Shown: positions 48,520 through 57,689 of the stretch, piece by piece | Position numbering within the stretch: position 1 is the stretch's first letter | Layout: every line of letters starts with the position of its first letter | Origin: an uncultured Verrucomicrobiae bacterium | GTDB lineage: Bacteria; Verrucomicrobiota; Verrucomicrobiia; Chthoniobacterales; Chthoniobacteraceae | Direction of reading: 5' to 3' | Assembly: GCA_963836755.1 (NCBI GenBank) | Contig: CAWIKF010000001.1 | Coordinates: 103,506 to 167,505, forward strand | Length of the DNA stretch: 64,000 nt | Notes under the pieces: generated by a model | Told to the model about the DNA's origin: nothing | What the model saw: only the letters and a program-made list of their open reading frames with translations | Database searches by the model: none | Position numbers and translations under genes: made by a program

Positions 48520-49746
48520 TCAAGCTTCGCTCAACTCCACCGACTCGCCGACAGGTGCTGGCGAAGTGCGGAAAAGTGTGAGCACAAGCACGAACGCGAC
48601 CAGGAGCAGCAGTCCGCTGAGCGTAAACGGAGTGCGACCGTAGCGTGAACTGATGTCAAACGTGGCCACCCAGCCGCCGATCGCCGGCCCGACCGCGCGG
48701 CCGAGGCTGCCGGAACTTTGCATCAGCCCGAGCGCGCGGCCCTGCCAGCGCTTGTCCACGCTGCGCGAAAGCAGGCCGTTGAGCGTCGGCGTGAGGAAGC
48801 TGTTGCCGATCGCGAGCCCAGCGCTGGCGGCCAAAAGCGCAGTGATGCCGCCGAGTTCCTTGCTCACAGCCAGCGCAAAAAGACTCAGCGCCAGCAGGAT
48901 CGCGCCGAATGCCGCGAGCTTGCGTTCGCCATATTTTTTCACCATGTGCCGGATCATTCCGCCCTGGATAATGACGCCAATGACGCCGATTCCCGCAAAG
49001 ACATAGCCGGTGTGTTTCGCGTCAAAACCGAAGCGGTGGTCCATGAAGAGCGCGTAAAGCGCCGTCATGATGGAGAAGCCGGTGATGAGGAAAAAATAGA
49101 TCGCGATGACTGTCGTGAGGATCTGGCGGTTCGAGTGCTGCAACACGTCGCGGATTGGCTGACGCTGCGCGGGATGCGATCGATGTTCAGCGTCGAGGCT
49201 TTCGGGCAGCCGGAAAAAAATCCAGATCGCGTTTAAAACCGCGAGCGCAGACGCGAAATAAAATGGCGCCGAATAGCCGTAGCGCCCGCTGAGCAATCCG
49301 CCGATCGCGGGGCCAAAAATAAACCCGAGGCCGAACGCTGCGCCGATCAACCCCATCGCGCCCGAGCGCTCCTCCGGTGTCGTGATGTCCGCGATGTATG
49401 CTTGAGCCGTTCCGATATTCCCGCCGGAAATTCCATCGATGATTCGCGCCGCAAAAAGCATCGCGAGCGTCGTCGCGGCGCCCATGATGTAAAAGCCGAT
49501 CGCCGATCCGATCACGCTGATGATGAGCACCGGCCGGCGTCCCACGCGGTCCGAAAGTTTTCCCCAAACCGGTGCGCCGAGAAATTGCACAGCCGAATAA
49601 ATGCCGACGAGAAAACCGTTCATCACCGACGAAGCGCCAAAGTGCATCGCATAAAGCGGCAGCACCGGGATTACGATGCCGAAGCCGATCATGTCGATGA
49701 AAATGGTCAGCAAAATAATGCTGAGCTGTGTCTTTTTAGTAGCCAT
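48520..49746 (-). CDS. MFS transporter (drug:H+ antiporter-like)
   Basis: 408 aa, about 12 TM, with the GKLSDRVGRRPVL loop motif. Confidence 0.88.
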   Translation of the reverse strand: MATKKTQLSIILLTIFIDMIGFGIVIPVLPLYAMHFGASSVMNGFLVGIYSAVQFLGAPVWGKLSDRVGRRPVLIISVIGSAIGFYIMGAATTLAMLFAARIIDGISGGNIGTAQAYIADITTPEERSGAMGLIGAAFGLGFIFGPAIGGLLSGRYGYSAPFYFASALAVLNAIWIFFRLPESLDAEHRSHPAQRQPIRDVLQHSNRQILTTVIAIYFFLITGFSIMTALYALFMDHRFGFDAKHTGYVFAGIGVIGVIIQGGMIRHMVKKYGERKLAAFGAILLALSLFALAVSKELGGITALLAASAGLAIGNSFLTPTLNGLLSRSVDKRWQGRALGLMQSSGSLGRAVGPAIGGWVATFDISSRYGRTPFTLSGLLLLVAFVLVLTLFRTSPAPVGESVELSEA

Positions 49747-49782
49747 TGAAATGAGAGCTGCGGGAACTTTGACGCGCAGCGC

Positions 49783-49995
49783 TCAATGGCACCCGCAACC
49801 GCCGGAGCCGCATGAATGCTTGCTCGGCGCCGAATCCGGCGATCCTTTTTGCACGAAGCCATAGCCGCCGCTGATCACGCGCCGCACCGGCTCGCCCGTC
49901 TCCGGATCCGCCGTCAGCGGCGCATCGCGCATGCTTTGCTTCAGCTCGAAACGGCGCTTCGTCTGGCCGGTCGTCTCGTAAACATAGATGGGCAT
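49783..49995 (-). CDS. FmdB-family-like small protein lacking the zinc-knuckle cysteines
   Basis: 70 aa from ATG 49995: MPIYVYETTGQTKRRFELKQSMRDAPLTADPETGEPVRRVISGG...SCGSGGCGCH. Confidence 0.6.
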   Translation of the reverse strand: MPIYVYETTGQTKRRFELKQSMRDAPLTADPETGEPVRRVISGGYGFVQKGSPDSAPSKHSCGSGGCGCH

Positions 49996-50131
49996 GCGGG
50001 AAAATTTAGACGATGCGCGAGCGGTGTCAAAGCTCTCATCCGCGCGCTGCGGCGTGTCGATTTCCGCCCGTTTTTTGCGCACGTGGAAAATCTTGCACTT
50101 TGCGCGTGAACCTTTGAACTTGTGCGCACTG

Positions 50132-50836
50132 ATGCTCTCCGAAATCGCGCAGTTGCTCGTTCTCCAGGATCGTGATCGCAAAATCCGCACGCTGCGGATG
50201 GAGCTAAAAATGGTGCCGCTAGAGCGGGGCGATCTCGAAACCAAACTCGCTTCGCAGCGCACGCAGCTCGACGCCGTGAAACAAAAAGCGAAGGAGATTG
50301 AGGTCGAAAAGAAAAAACTCGAGGTCGAGGCGCAGTCAAAACGGGACTCGATCGCGAAGTTTAAAACGCAGCAATTTCAGACGCGCAAAAACGAAGAATT
50401 TCAGGCGCTGGGAAATGAGATCAGACATTTCGAGTCGGACATCCAGGCGGTCGAAGATCGTGAACTTGAACTGATGGACGACGCGGAAAAATTGAAAACC
50501 TCGAACGCGGCGGCGGAAAAAGATTTCGCGCAAATCAAGAGCCGCATCGACGCGCAGCTCGCGGATTTGGATGCGAAAATCCAGTCGATCGAGACGCACC
50601 TGAAGGAGCTGGAAACCGAGCGCGCCGGCCTCGCCGCAAAGGTCGATGAAGATTTACTGGACCGCTATGATCGCCTGTTTGCGAGCAAAGGCGACGCGGC
50701 CGTCGTGCCGCTCGAGCACGAGGTTTGCATGGGTTGCCACATGAAAATCACGACGCAGACTGTGTTCCGCGCGAAGGCGGAAAAAGAGGTGGTGAACTGC
50801 GAGCAGTGCGGCCGGATTCTCTATCTCGCCGACTAA
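50132..50836 (+). CDS. Coiled-coil protein with C-terminal C4 zinc ribbon (COG1579-like)
   Basis: 234 aa from ATG 50132. Long heptad-rich region, then CMGCHMKI...CEQCGRILY. Confidence 0.7.
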   Translation: MLSEIAQLLVLQDRDRKIRTLRMELKMVPLERGDLETKLASQRTQLDAVKQKAKEIEVEKKKLEVEAQSKRDSIAKFKTQQFQTRKNEEFQALGNEIRHFESDIQAVEDRELELMDDAEKLKTSNAAAEKDFAQIKSRIDAQLADLDAKIQSIETHLKELETERAGLAAKVDEDLLDRYDRLFASKGDAAVVPLEHEVCMGCHMKITTQTVFRAKAEKEVVNCEQCGRILYLAD

Positions 50837-50839
50837 AGT

Positions 50840-53470
50840 TTACCGCAGGTTTCCGCCGTCCTCGCGCAACACGTTCTCGGCCGTCGGCGCCGTGATCGGC
50901 GATGGCGTCGCAACCGCCGGCGGTTGCGGTTCGGCGGGCGAAGGCGCCGGAGTTTCGGTCACGATCATCGTCGGCGCGGTCTGGATGAAAAGCGCGACGT
51001 CATCAGTATATTTTTCCTGCGTCTGCGCCGCCTCCACGAGCAGCGTGCGGCCGACGCGCGCCATGCCGAACTCAAATGCGAAAACGCCGTTGAGCCAGTT
51101 CCGGTCCGCGATCAAATCGGGCGAAGATTGATGCTGCGCAAAATATTCGCCCATCTGCAAAATCGTCTCCGGCGGCAGCTCGGTCCACGCGATCGGAATG
51201 TAGCCGTAGGGCGTCGCCATCTCCATTTCGCTTGGCGAGGCAACCTTGACGCCGCCCGCGACGGTCACTCCATTTTTTTTGAAAACCGGCAGCGGATAGC
51301 CGCTGTAGTTGATGTCGCGCACGAGCGTTTTTTTGAACTGATCGAGCCACGTCGCCTTTTTTAACATGGTCGCACGTTCCGTTTCGACTGCGCTGTTGCC
51401 GCTGATTTTGGCGGCTTGCACCGCCGCCAGCGCTGCGGGGAAATCGTAGTCTCTCCACGCCGCGGCGACTTTCGCCTTCGCGGCATTTAATGTTTTCACG
51501 GCCCCGTCCCTTTCGCTGGCGATTTGTCGCGCCTGGTTTTGTTCCAGCTCCGTGAAATGCCGCCGCAGATTTTTCAACATCGTTGCGGTCGTCTCCGCCA
51601 TTTTGCCGTGGACATGCGTGCTCAAACTTTCGAGCGCTTTCAACGCGGCCGCGCGCTGCTCGGGCGTGCTCGCCGCCTTGATCTGGTCGTTCACCTTTTC
51701 ATATGCGTCAAAGTCAGCCGCGTATTTTTGCGCGAGCGGCTTGTATTCAGCGATCCACGCATACGGCTCGGCGGGATTTGAGCCGAGAAAAGTTTGCAGC
51801 AAAACATTCGCATCCTCGAAGCGCCCAAGCTCCCAATCTTTCGCGGCGAAGATGAACGGCGCGAGTGCGCCGCAGCTCGTGAGATCAAAGTTCTTCGCGG
51901 CATCAGGCGGCACGGAAGTCTTGCCTGCTGCAAGCTTCGCGACCGCTGCGAAGAATTTTCCCAGCGCCGCATCCAGCGGTTTCTCTTCAGGAAAAAACGC
52001 TTTGTCCGCGAGCGCCTTGAAAGCGGAATTCGCATCCACCGCGCGGCCCGCGAGCCACGCGCTGAAGCCTTCGTGCAGGATGATCCAATTCTCCAGCGGC
52101 TGCGCGATATCCGGCTGGTCCTGCAGCGTCGTCAACGCATCCTCGGCTCCCTGGAAATTTCCGTCCAATAGCTGCATTCGCGCGGCTTGATAACCGATGG
52201 CACCTGTCTGCTGCGGCATCCCTCCGGCCGCGGCGATGGCTCCTTTGTTGAACAACTTTGCGCGGTAAATGTAGACGAGCGCTCCGCCCGCGAGCATCGC
52301 GAGGATGAGGATCAGGCTGATGATGCCCATCACTTTTTGCTGTTGCTCGCCTTCCACCACGACACGCGCTTTTTGTCGCTGCGGCTTCGCTGCGGCCTCG
52401 AGTAATTGCGCGCGTGCATACTGCAAGTGCTCCAGCAGTTCGTCATACGTTTGATAACGGCCTGCTGGATCTTTGTGCAGCATGCGATTGATGACAAAAG
52501 CGGTTGCGCTCGCCACGTTTGGCGCGAACGCCTGAAGGCTGACCGCCTTGCTCTTGATGTGCTTCAACGCAACCAGAGACGCCGTTTCCGCCTCGAACGG
52601 CGGTCGCCCCGCGAGTGCGTGAAACAATGTGCCGCCGAGCGAATAAATGTCGCTGCGAAAATCCTCCGGCTCGTGATTCAACTTTTCCGGCGCAACATAA
52701 TACGGCGTGCCCCAGACTTCGCCGCGCTCCTCCGCCTCATGCTCCGCGAGCAGCGCCAGCCCGAAATCCACGATCTTCGCCGTGTGCGCATCTGCGAACA
52801 AAATATTGCCCGGTTTCACATCGCGATGGATCAGGCCTTTGTTGTGCGCCGCTTGCAAACCCTGCGCGATCTGGATGCCGACTTCGAGCACCTGCGCCTC
52901 TCCGACGCGCCCCTGCAGATTCATCAAATCATCCAGCGAGCCTTTGTCCACGGCCTCCATCGCGATGTAAAACAAACCGTGGTCCGAGCCGAACGAGAAA
53001 ACTTTGACCACATGCGGATGATTGACGGACGCGGTGATGCGCGCCTCGCGCTCAAATTTCGCCAGATATTCCGTGTCCGAACTGTATTCCTTTCGCACCA
53101 CTTTGAGCGCGACGATGCGGTTTAAGTTCACGTCGTTCGCCTTGTAAACCGCGCCCATTCCGCCCGCGCCGAGCAGCTCGACCAGCGCGAAATTTTTTAA
53201 CTGCGTCCGCGCGCGCATCAACGTCCCGCACATCGGACAATGCACCTGCGCGAACGGCTCCTCGTCGCTCACATCGAGCAGCGCCGCGCAGTTCGGACAT
53301 GGCTGCAACACCTGTTCGCCAGCGGCTTGCGGCGCCGGTTCCGCATCTTCCACGAGCTCTTCCGCGTATTGCTCGACGTATTCCTCCGCATACTCGGGAG
53401 CGGCCTCGCCCGGCTCGGCAAACTCCTCCGGCTCCGGCTCGGCTTGGGGATCTTCAGGCTCCTCGGGCAT
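50840..53470 (-). CDS. Ser/Thr protein kinase with N-terminal zinc ribbon, one TM and a large C-terminal extracytoplasmic region
   Basis: 876 aa. CPNC...CPMCG; kinase motifs GAGGMGAVYKA, HRDVKPGN, DFG, APE; TM at IISLILILAMLAGGALVYIY. Confidence 0.9.
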   Translation of the reverse strand: MPEEPEDPQAEPEPEEFAEPGEAAPEYAEEYVEQYAEELVEDAEPAPQAAGEQVLQPCPNCAALLDVSDEEPFAQVHCPMCGTLMRARTQLKNFALVELLGAGGMGAVYKANDVNLNRIVALKVVRKEYSSDTEYLAKFEREARITASVNHPHVVKVFSFGSDHGLFYIAMEAVDKGSLDDLMNLQGRVGEAQVLEVGIQIAQGLQAAHNKGLIHRDVKPGNILFADAHTAKIVDFGLALLAEHEAEERGEVWGTPYYVAPEKLNHEPEDFRSDIYSLGGTLFHALAGRPPFEAETASLVALKHIKSKAVSLQAFAPNVASATAFVINRMLHKDPAGRYQTYDELLEHLQYARAQLLEAAAKPQRQKARVVVEGEQQQKVMGIISLILILAMLAGGALVYIYRAKLFNKGAIAAAGGMPQQTGAIGYQAARMQLLDGNFQGAEDALTTLQDQPDIAQPLENWIILHEGFSAWLAGRAVDANSAFKALADKAFFPEEKPLDAALGKFFAAVAKLAAGKTSVPPDAAKNFDLTSCGALAPFIFAAKDWELGRFEDANVLLQTFLGSNPAEPYAWIAEYKPLAQKYAADFDAYEKVNDQIKAASTPEQRAAALKALESLSTHVHGKMAETTATMLKNLRRHFTELEQNQARQIASERDGAVKTLNAAKAKVAAAWRDYDFPAALAAVQAAKISGNSAVETERATMLKKATWLDQFKKTLVRDINYSGYPLPVFKKNGVTVAGGVKVASPSEMEMATPYGYIPIAWTELPPETILQMGEYFAQHQSSPDLIADRNWLNGVFAFEFGMARVGRTLLVEAAQTQEKYTDDVALFIQTAPTMIVTETPAPSPAEPQPPAVATPSPITAPTAENVLREDGGNLR

Positions 53471-53530
53471 CTGCGCGGTAAGCTAGTTTAGCATTTGCCA
53501 TTTTCCAATTTCTAACTTTGAGTCGCCGCC

Positions 53531-54436
53531 ATGCCGGAGTTTCGTGTCGAGAAAAGCGAATCCGGCGCGCGCCTCGACCATTTCCTCGCGCAAAAACTGC
53601 CGCAATTTTCGCGTTCGCGCATCCAGTCCTTGATCAAATCCGGCCACGCGCTGCGCAACGGCCGCGCCGAAAAATCCGGCGTCAAAATCAAAATCGCCGA
53701 TGTGGTGACGATTGACGAACCGCCTGCGCAGCCGGTCCGCGCCGAGGCCGAGAATATCCCGCTCGATGTGCTTTTTGAAGACGCCGACCTGCTCGTTGTC
53801 AACAAGCCGGCCGGTCTCGTCGTGCATCCGGCTGCCGGGAACCAGTCGCACACGTTGGTTAACGCGTTGCTGCATCATTGCAAAGAGCTTTCCGGCATCG
53901 GCGGCGAACAGCGGCCGGGCATTGTTCACCGGCTCGACAAGGAAACCAGCGGCTGTCTCGTCATCGCGAAAAACGACATGGCGCACGCAAATTTATCGCG
54001 CCAATTTGCTGCGCGGGCCGTCACAAAAATCTATCTCGCGCTTGTCGCCGGTCATTTGAAAAACAAACGCGGCGTGATCGAAAACGCCATCGGGCGTCAT
54101 CCGATTCATCGAAAAAAAATGGCCGTCACCGCACGCGGTCGGGCGGCAAAAACGGAATTTCGCGTCGTCGAGGAGCTCGCACATTGCTCGCTTGTCGAGT
54201 GCGTTTTGCACACCGGCCGCACGCACCAGATCCGCGTGCATCTCAAGCATCTCTGCCATCCAGTGCTCGGCGACAAACTTTACGGCGCAAAGCTCGCGGT
54301 CAATTTTCCGCGCCAGATGCTGCACGCGTGGCGACTTGGTTTTGCGCATCCGCGCACGCAGGTTCGCATGAATTTTCGTGCGCCGCTGCCGAACGATTTT
54401 ATAAATGCCGGCGTCCACTTTTCCGACGATGAATGA
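53531..54436 (+). CDS. rluD: RluA-family 23S rRNA pseudouridine synthase (RluD-like, S4 domain)
   Basis: S4-like N-terminus and catalytic HRLDKETSG. Confidence 0.88.
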   Translation: MPEFRVEKSESGARLDHFLAQKLPQFSRSRIQSLIKSGHALRNGRAEKSGVKIKIADVVTIDEPPAQPVRAEAENIPLDVLFEDADLLVVNKPAGLVVHPAAGNQSHTLVNALLHHCKELSGIGGEQRPGIVHRLDKETSGCLVIAKNDMAHANLSRQFAARAVTKIYLALVAGHLKNKRGVIENAIGRHPIHRKKMAVTARGRAAKTEFRVVEELAHCSLVECVLHTGRTHQIRVHLKHLCHPVLGDKLYGAKLAVNFPRQMLHAWRLGFAHPRTQVRMNFRAPLPNDFINAGVHFSDDE

Positions 54437-55169
54437 TTTCCAAAACGCGCTGCAAGTCGTGCACGATTCGCTCGTGCGCCTGCGCGATGCCGGCGTGCCG
54501 CTGCACGCGTCCCGCGCGGCTTTGGAAAATCTCGTCCGGCCGGTTCCGACGATTGACACGCGGATCAAGGCGCTGCGGGACCGCGCGCTCGTTTGCGTGA
54601 AATGTCCGCACCTTGCCGAGACGCGCACGCAGGTCGTTTTCGGCGTCGGGAATGTCGAGGCGGAATTGATGTTCGTCGGCGAAGCGCCGGGCGCGGATGA
54701 AGATTTGAAAGGCGAACCTTTCGTCGGGAAAGCCGGTCAGCTCTTGACGAAAATCATCGTGGCGATGGGATACACGCGCGACGAAATTTACATCGCGAAC
54801 GTCCTCAAATGCCGCCCGAACACGCCGCCCGGCGAGAGCGGCAATCGCCGGCCGACGCGCGTCGAAATGGAAACTTGCCTGCCGTATTTGCGCGAGCAGA
54901 TCGAGATCATCCGGCCGCGCGCGATGGTCGCCCTCGGCGCGGTGGCGATGGAGGGATTGCTCGGGCGCGTCGAGCCGATGGGCGCGCTGCGCGGGCGCTG
55001 GCACGACTTTGACGGCATCCCGCTGATGGCCACATTTCATCCCGCGTATCTGCTGCGAAACCAATCGCTCACGGAAAAGCGCAAAGTCTGGGAAGACATG
55101 CTGCAAGTGCTGGAGCGGCTTGGCAGGCCGATCAGCGAGAAGCAGCGGAACTTTTTTCTGCCGAAATAG
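54429..55169 (+). CDS. Uracil-DNA glycosylase, family 4
   Basis: [23 protein letters not shown] and HPAYLLR motifs, with a CPxL...C cluster region. ATG 54429 overlaps the rluD stop by 8 nt. Confidence 0.88.
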   Translation: MNDFQNALQVVHDSLVRLRDAGVPLHASRAALENLVRPVPTIDTRIKALRDRALVCVKCPHLAETRTQVVFGVGNVEAELMFVGEAPGADEDLKGEPFVGKAGQLLTKIIVAMGYTRDEIYIANVLKCRPNTPPGESGNRRPTRVEMETCLPYLREQIEIIRPRAMVALGAVAMEGLLGRVEPMGALRGRWHDFDGIPLMATFHPAYLLRNQSLTEKRKVWEDMLQVLERLGRPISEKQRNFFLPK

Positions 55170-56142
55170 CGCGCGCCAATGCGTCGAGCTGACGGTTTGA
55201 AAATGCCGCGCGCGCTGCGCGAAACATCAGTGCGCGGACTTCGGCGCGGGAAACTTTGATCCGCTCGTCCGTCTCCAAAGGCGGGTGCGCGCGCAGCATC
55301 GCCAGCGTCCGGACGCCAATCGCCCACGGCAGGATGCACGCGAAACGGAGCCGCCAGCTTCGCACCGACTCGATATACCGCCGCGCCTCCGCGAGATTTT
55401 TCTCCGCGCGGTCGATCCACTTTTCCACGACTGCGCGCGCGGCCGATGCTTTTGCGAAAATGTTACCGGCGTTAACACCTTGCGCCGCCAGCTCGTCCGC
55501 CGGCAGATAGCAGCGGCCGTTCTGAAGATCGGCGCGCAGGTCGCGCAGAATGTTCACAAGCTGCAAGCCCTGACCGAAGCCGCGGCCGAGCGCGCGCATC
55601 GTTGCGGCATCGAGCCGCGCGTAGCTGCGCAGATGCCGAAAACAGATCTGCGTCCAGAATTCGCCGACGCAGCCGGCCACCAGATACGTGTATTCCTCGA
55701 GCGCCGCCGCATCGGGCAGCGCGGAAACTTTTTCCGAATCGGCGAAGCGCCGCAAGTCGAGTTCCTGCCCGCGAACGATGATGCGCAAAACTTCGACGAT
55801 GTCCGCGCGATCCGCTTCAGCACAGGCTCGCAGCGCATCGAGGCATTCGCCGGCGCTCTCGATCAGTCGCCGCTCCGAGACATTCGACGGCACGATTTCG
55901 CTACGCAAACTTTGCAGTTCAGATTCATTCGCACCGGTCTCGATCATTGCGCCAAAAGCGACCAGATTTTTCAAACGCACTTCCACCGGAGCGTCCGGCG
56001 AATCAGCAATCGTGTCGCTCGCCCGCGCCAGCAAATACGCCAGGCCGACCGGCTCGCGCAGCGGACGCGGTAGCGCGCGGATCGTGAGATAAAACGAGCG
56101 CGAGACCGATTTCAGCACGTCGCCGATGAGTTCCGCATTCAT
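55132..56142 (-). CDS. Squalene/phytoene synthase family enzyme (squalene-synthase-like)
   Basis: 336 aa. SRSFYLTIRALP, first Asp-rich ARASDTIAD, second region NILRDLRAD. ATGA overlap with the upstream gene. Confidence 0.8.
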   Translation of the reverse strand: MNAELIGDVLKSVSRSFYLTIRALPRPLREPVGLAYLLARASDTIADSPDAPVEVRLKNLVAFGAMIETGANESELQSLRSEIVPSNVSERRLIESAGECLDALRACAEADRADIVEVLRIIVRGQELDLRRFADSEKVSALPDAAALEEYTYLVAGCVGEFWTQICFRHLRSYARLDAATMRALGRGFGQGLQLVNILRDLRADLQNGRCYLPADELAAQGVNAGNIFAKASAARAVVEKWIDRAEKNLAEARRYIESVRSWRLRFACILPWAIGVRTLAMLRAHPPLETDERIKVSRAEVRALMFRAARAAFSNRQLDALARAISAEKSSAASR

Positions 56143-57194
56143 CGGACGCCTACTTTTTTCAAATCAATCCGCTCGCTCGCGCACTGCCCCATCCCCGCCG
56201 CGGCCGCCGTTTGCAGATAGCTCCCGCGTTTCGCCAGCTTCGGCAATCGCGCCTGTGCCCGCCATTCATCGATCTCGCGCAATGCCGTCGCATCAAGTGC
56301 GACTGGATCACGACTCGCAAAAATCGTCGCGTAATTCCACGCGTAATTCGGCTGAAAATCCGGCCCGCCCGCGAATTGCGCGATGAGCCCGTCCACGATA
56401 TTCAGCACCACCTTTCGCCCGACGTGTTCATCGCGATAAAGTTCGACCAGAGACGGATCTGGCTCCTGCGCAAATCGGCGCCAGTTGTCGAGATTCGGGA
56501 TGGTGACGTTGTATAAACAGCCGGCGACACCACACGATTCCTCGCTGCTCAAAACCGGCACGTTGATGATCTTCGTGACCGCGCACAAAACGCGGCTCCA
56601 GTGGCTCTCGTCGCCGAATTGCTCTGGCTCATCATCCGACGGGGTTCGCCTGTTTCTGCGGCTGAACAAAGCATCGCCCCAGATCAATCTGCCGACCACG
56701 GGCGACGAGAAAATCGCCTTCAAATTATAGCCGGTGATCGGCTCGATCGCGCGCACAGCGAAATCTCGCGGTGGTCGCGCGAAGCCCGCCGCTACCATGT
56801 CCGCGCGATCCCAAACCACGATATTCTTCGTCGGCACGCCCGCGCGCGAGATGCCCTCGGCGATCGCATCCACCACCGCGCGATGCGTGGAAAAAAGCGG
56901 CCCGCCACGCGCAGAAACTTTGATGCCAACACGATCCGCGGGTTGCACGAGCGAGCGCCACGCCTCATCGAGGTTTGGCTTTTCCGTCACCGCGAGCACC
57001 AGCGCATCGACCATTGCACGCACCACCGGCGCATTTTCCTGATAGTTTGAAATCGCGTCCGAATCCTGCGCAAAATAAACCGTCGCCCGCGGCGCGGAAT
57101 CCTGTGCGAGGCAAACCGAACCGGCAGAAATCCCGAGCAAAATCCAGGCGCGCAACACAGCGCAGACGATGTCCGCGCCCGCGCCGAATTGCAA
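56139..57194 (-). CDS. Secreted DUF362-like protein
   Basis: 351-aa ORF with a TTG start in the track; in-frame GTG giving MLRAWILLGISAGSVCLA is also possible. My recollection of the DUF362 pattern is weak. Translationally coupled to the squalene synthase gene. Confidence 0.45.
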   Translation of the reverse strand: MQFGAGADIVCAVLRAWILLGISAGSVCLAQDSAPRATVYFAQDSDAISNYQENAPVVRAMVDALVLAVTEKPNLDEAWRSLVQPADRVGIKVSARGGPLFSTHRAVVDAIAEGISRAGVPTKNIVVWDRADMVAAGFARPPRDFAVRAIEPITGYNLKAIFSSPVVGRLIWGDALFSRRNRRTPSDDEPEQFGDESHWSRVLCAVTKIINVPVLSSEESCGVAGCLYNVTIPNLDNWRRFAQEPDPSLVELYRDEHVGRKVVLNIVDGLIAQFAGGPDFQPNYAWNYATIFASRDPVALDATALREIDEWRAQARLPKLAKRGSYLQTAAAAGMGQCASERIDLKKVGVR

Positions 57195-57235
57195 ACGCGC
57201 CCTTGCCGTGTCGAAAAGTCGCTCGAATCAAAGTT

Positions 57236-57332
57236 GGCCACGGATGGACACGGATGAAACACAGATGCGGATTGCTCACAGCCTTTCCTATTTTTTTCCA
57301 TATCCGTGGTTCATCTGGGTGCATCCGTGGCC
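57236..57332. repeat. 97-nt imperfect palindrome built from CACGGATG/CATCCGTG motifs
   Basis: Left arm GGCCACGGATGGACACGGATGAAACACAGATGCGG (from 57236) pairs with right arm CCATATCCGTGGTTCATCTGGGTGCATCCGTGGCC (57298-57332). The outer 11 bp are perfect. A loop of about 27 nt contains T7. Confidence 0.7.
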
Positions 57333-57437
57333 TAAGACCTCTCGAACGCAGCGAAAGAGTGGAAAGGCGAACCGCGCCGCTTTTCCGATGGAGCAATTTG
57401 CTACGATGAATACCCTCCGGACTGCGATGCCGGAGTG

Positions 57438-57630
57438 TTTTGCTGCGTCATCGCAGCTATTTGCACCTTGACGGAGCTTTTTGCTCCGGTGGTGCAGTAA
57501 ATTGCTGCGTGCTCGCAGCTTTTTGCATCCATGCCGATGCTCCGCGCTGCGATGTCGAACCTTTTTGCTGCGAGATGAGGCTTTTTGCTCCGAGGTCGGA
57601 GCTCCGAGGATGTTCCGCTATGCTTTTTGC
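57438..57630. repeat. Array of about ten degenerate 20-21-bp units, each a T-tract + GC core (TTTTTGCTSCG) followed by a short hairpin
   Basis: G of the TTGC core at 57442, 57463, 57483, 57504, 57525, (57546 degenerate), 57567, 57587, (57608 absent), 57629. Hairpins include GCTGCG-TCAT-CGCAGC (57442-57457), GGAGC-TTTTT-GCTCC (57473-57487), GCTGCG-TGCT-CGCAGC (57504-57519), GCATC-CATGCC-GATGC (57525-57540) and CTCCG-AGGT-CGGAG (57588-57601). Confidence 0.75.
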
Positions 57631-57689
57631 TCTGATTTCCGACCGGTCTTCTCTGTAAACGGACCTCGCGACGGCTCGCGCGAGGCTGC

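Noticed and set aside
57236-57332. DnaA-box cluster / replication origin reading of the CATCCGTG motifs beside AT-rich repeats
   Set aside because: The motif differs from TTATCCACA at several positions. No dnaA, dnaN or gidA-type genes are nearby. The motifs are arranged as one hairpin rather than an oriented box cluster.
57438-57630. Possible CRISPR array
   Set aside because: Units are only about 21 bp in total, degenerate, and have no unique spacers between conserved repeats. No cas genes are in the window.
57440-57658. Cys-rich 72-aa ORF (…GAFCSGGAVNCCVLAAFCIHADAPRCDVEPFCC…) across the 21-bp repeats, considered as a RiPP-like precursor with a heptad Phe-Cys repeat
   Set aside because: The Phe-Cys pattern is just TTT-TGC from the T-tract core. 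Two of the spacings are 20 rather than 21 nt, so the repeat does not stay in one frame. The ORF needs a TTG start without a visible ribosome-binding site. No modifying enzymes are adjacent.
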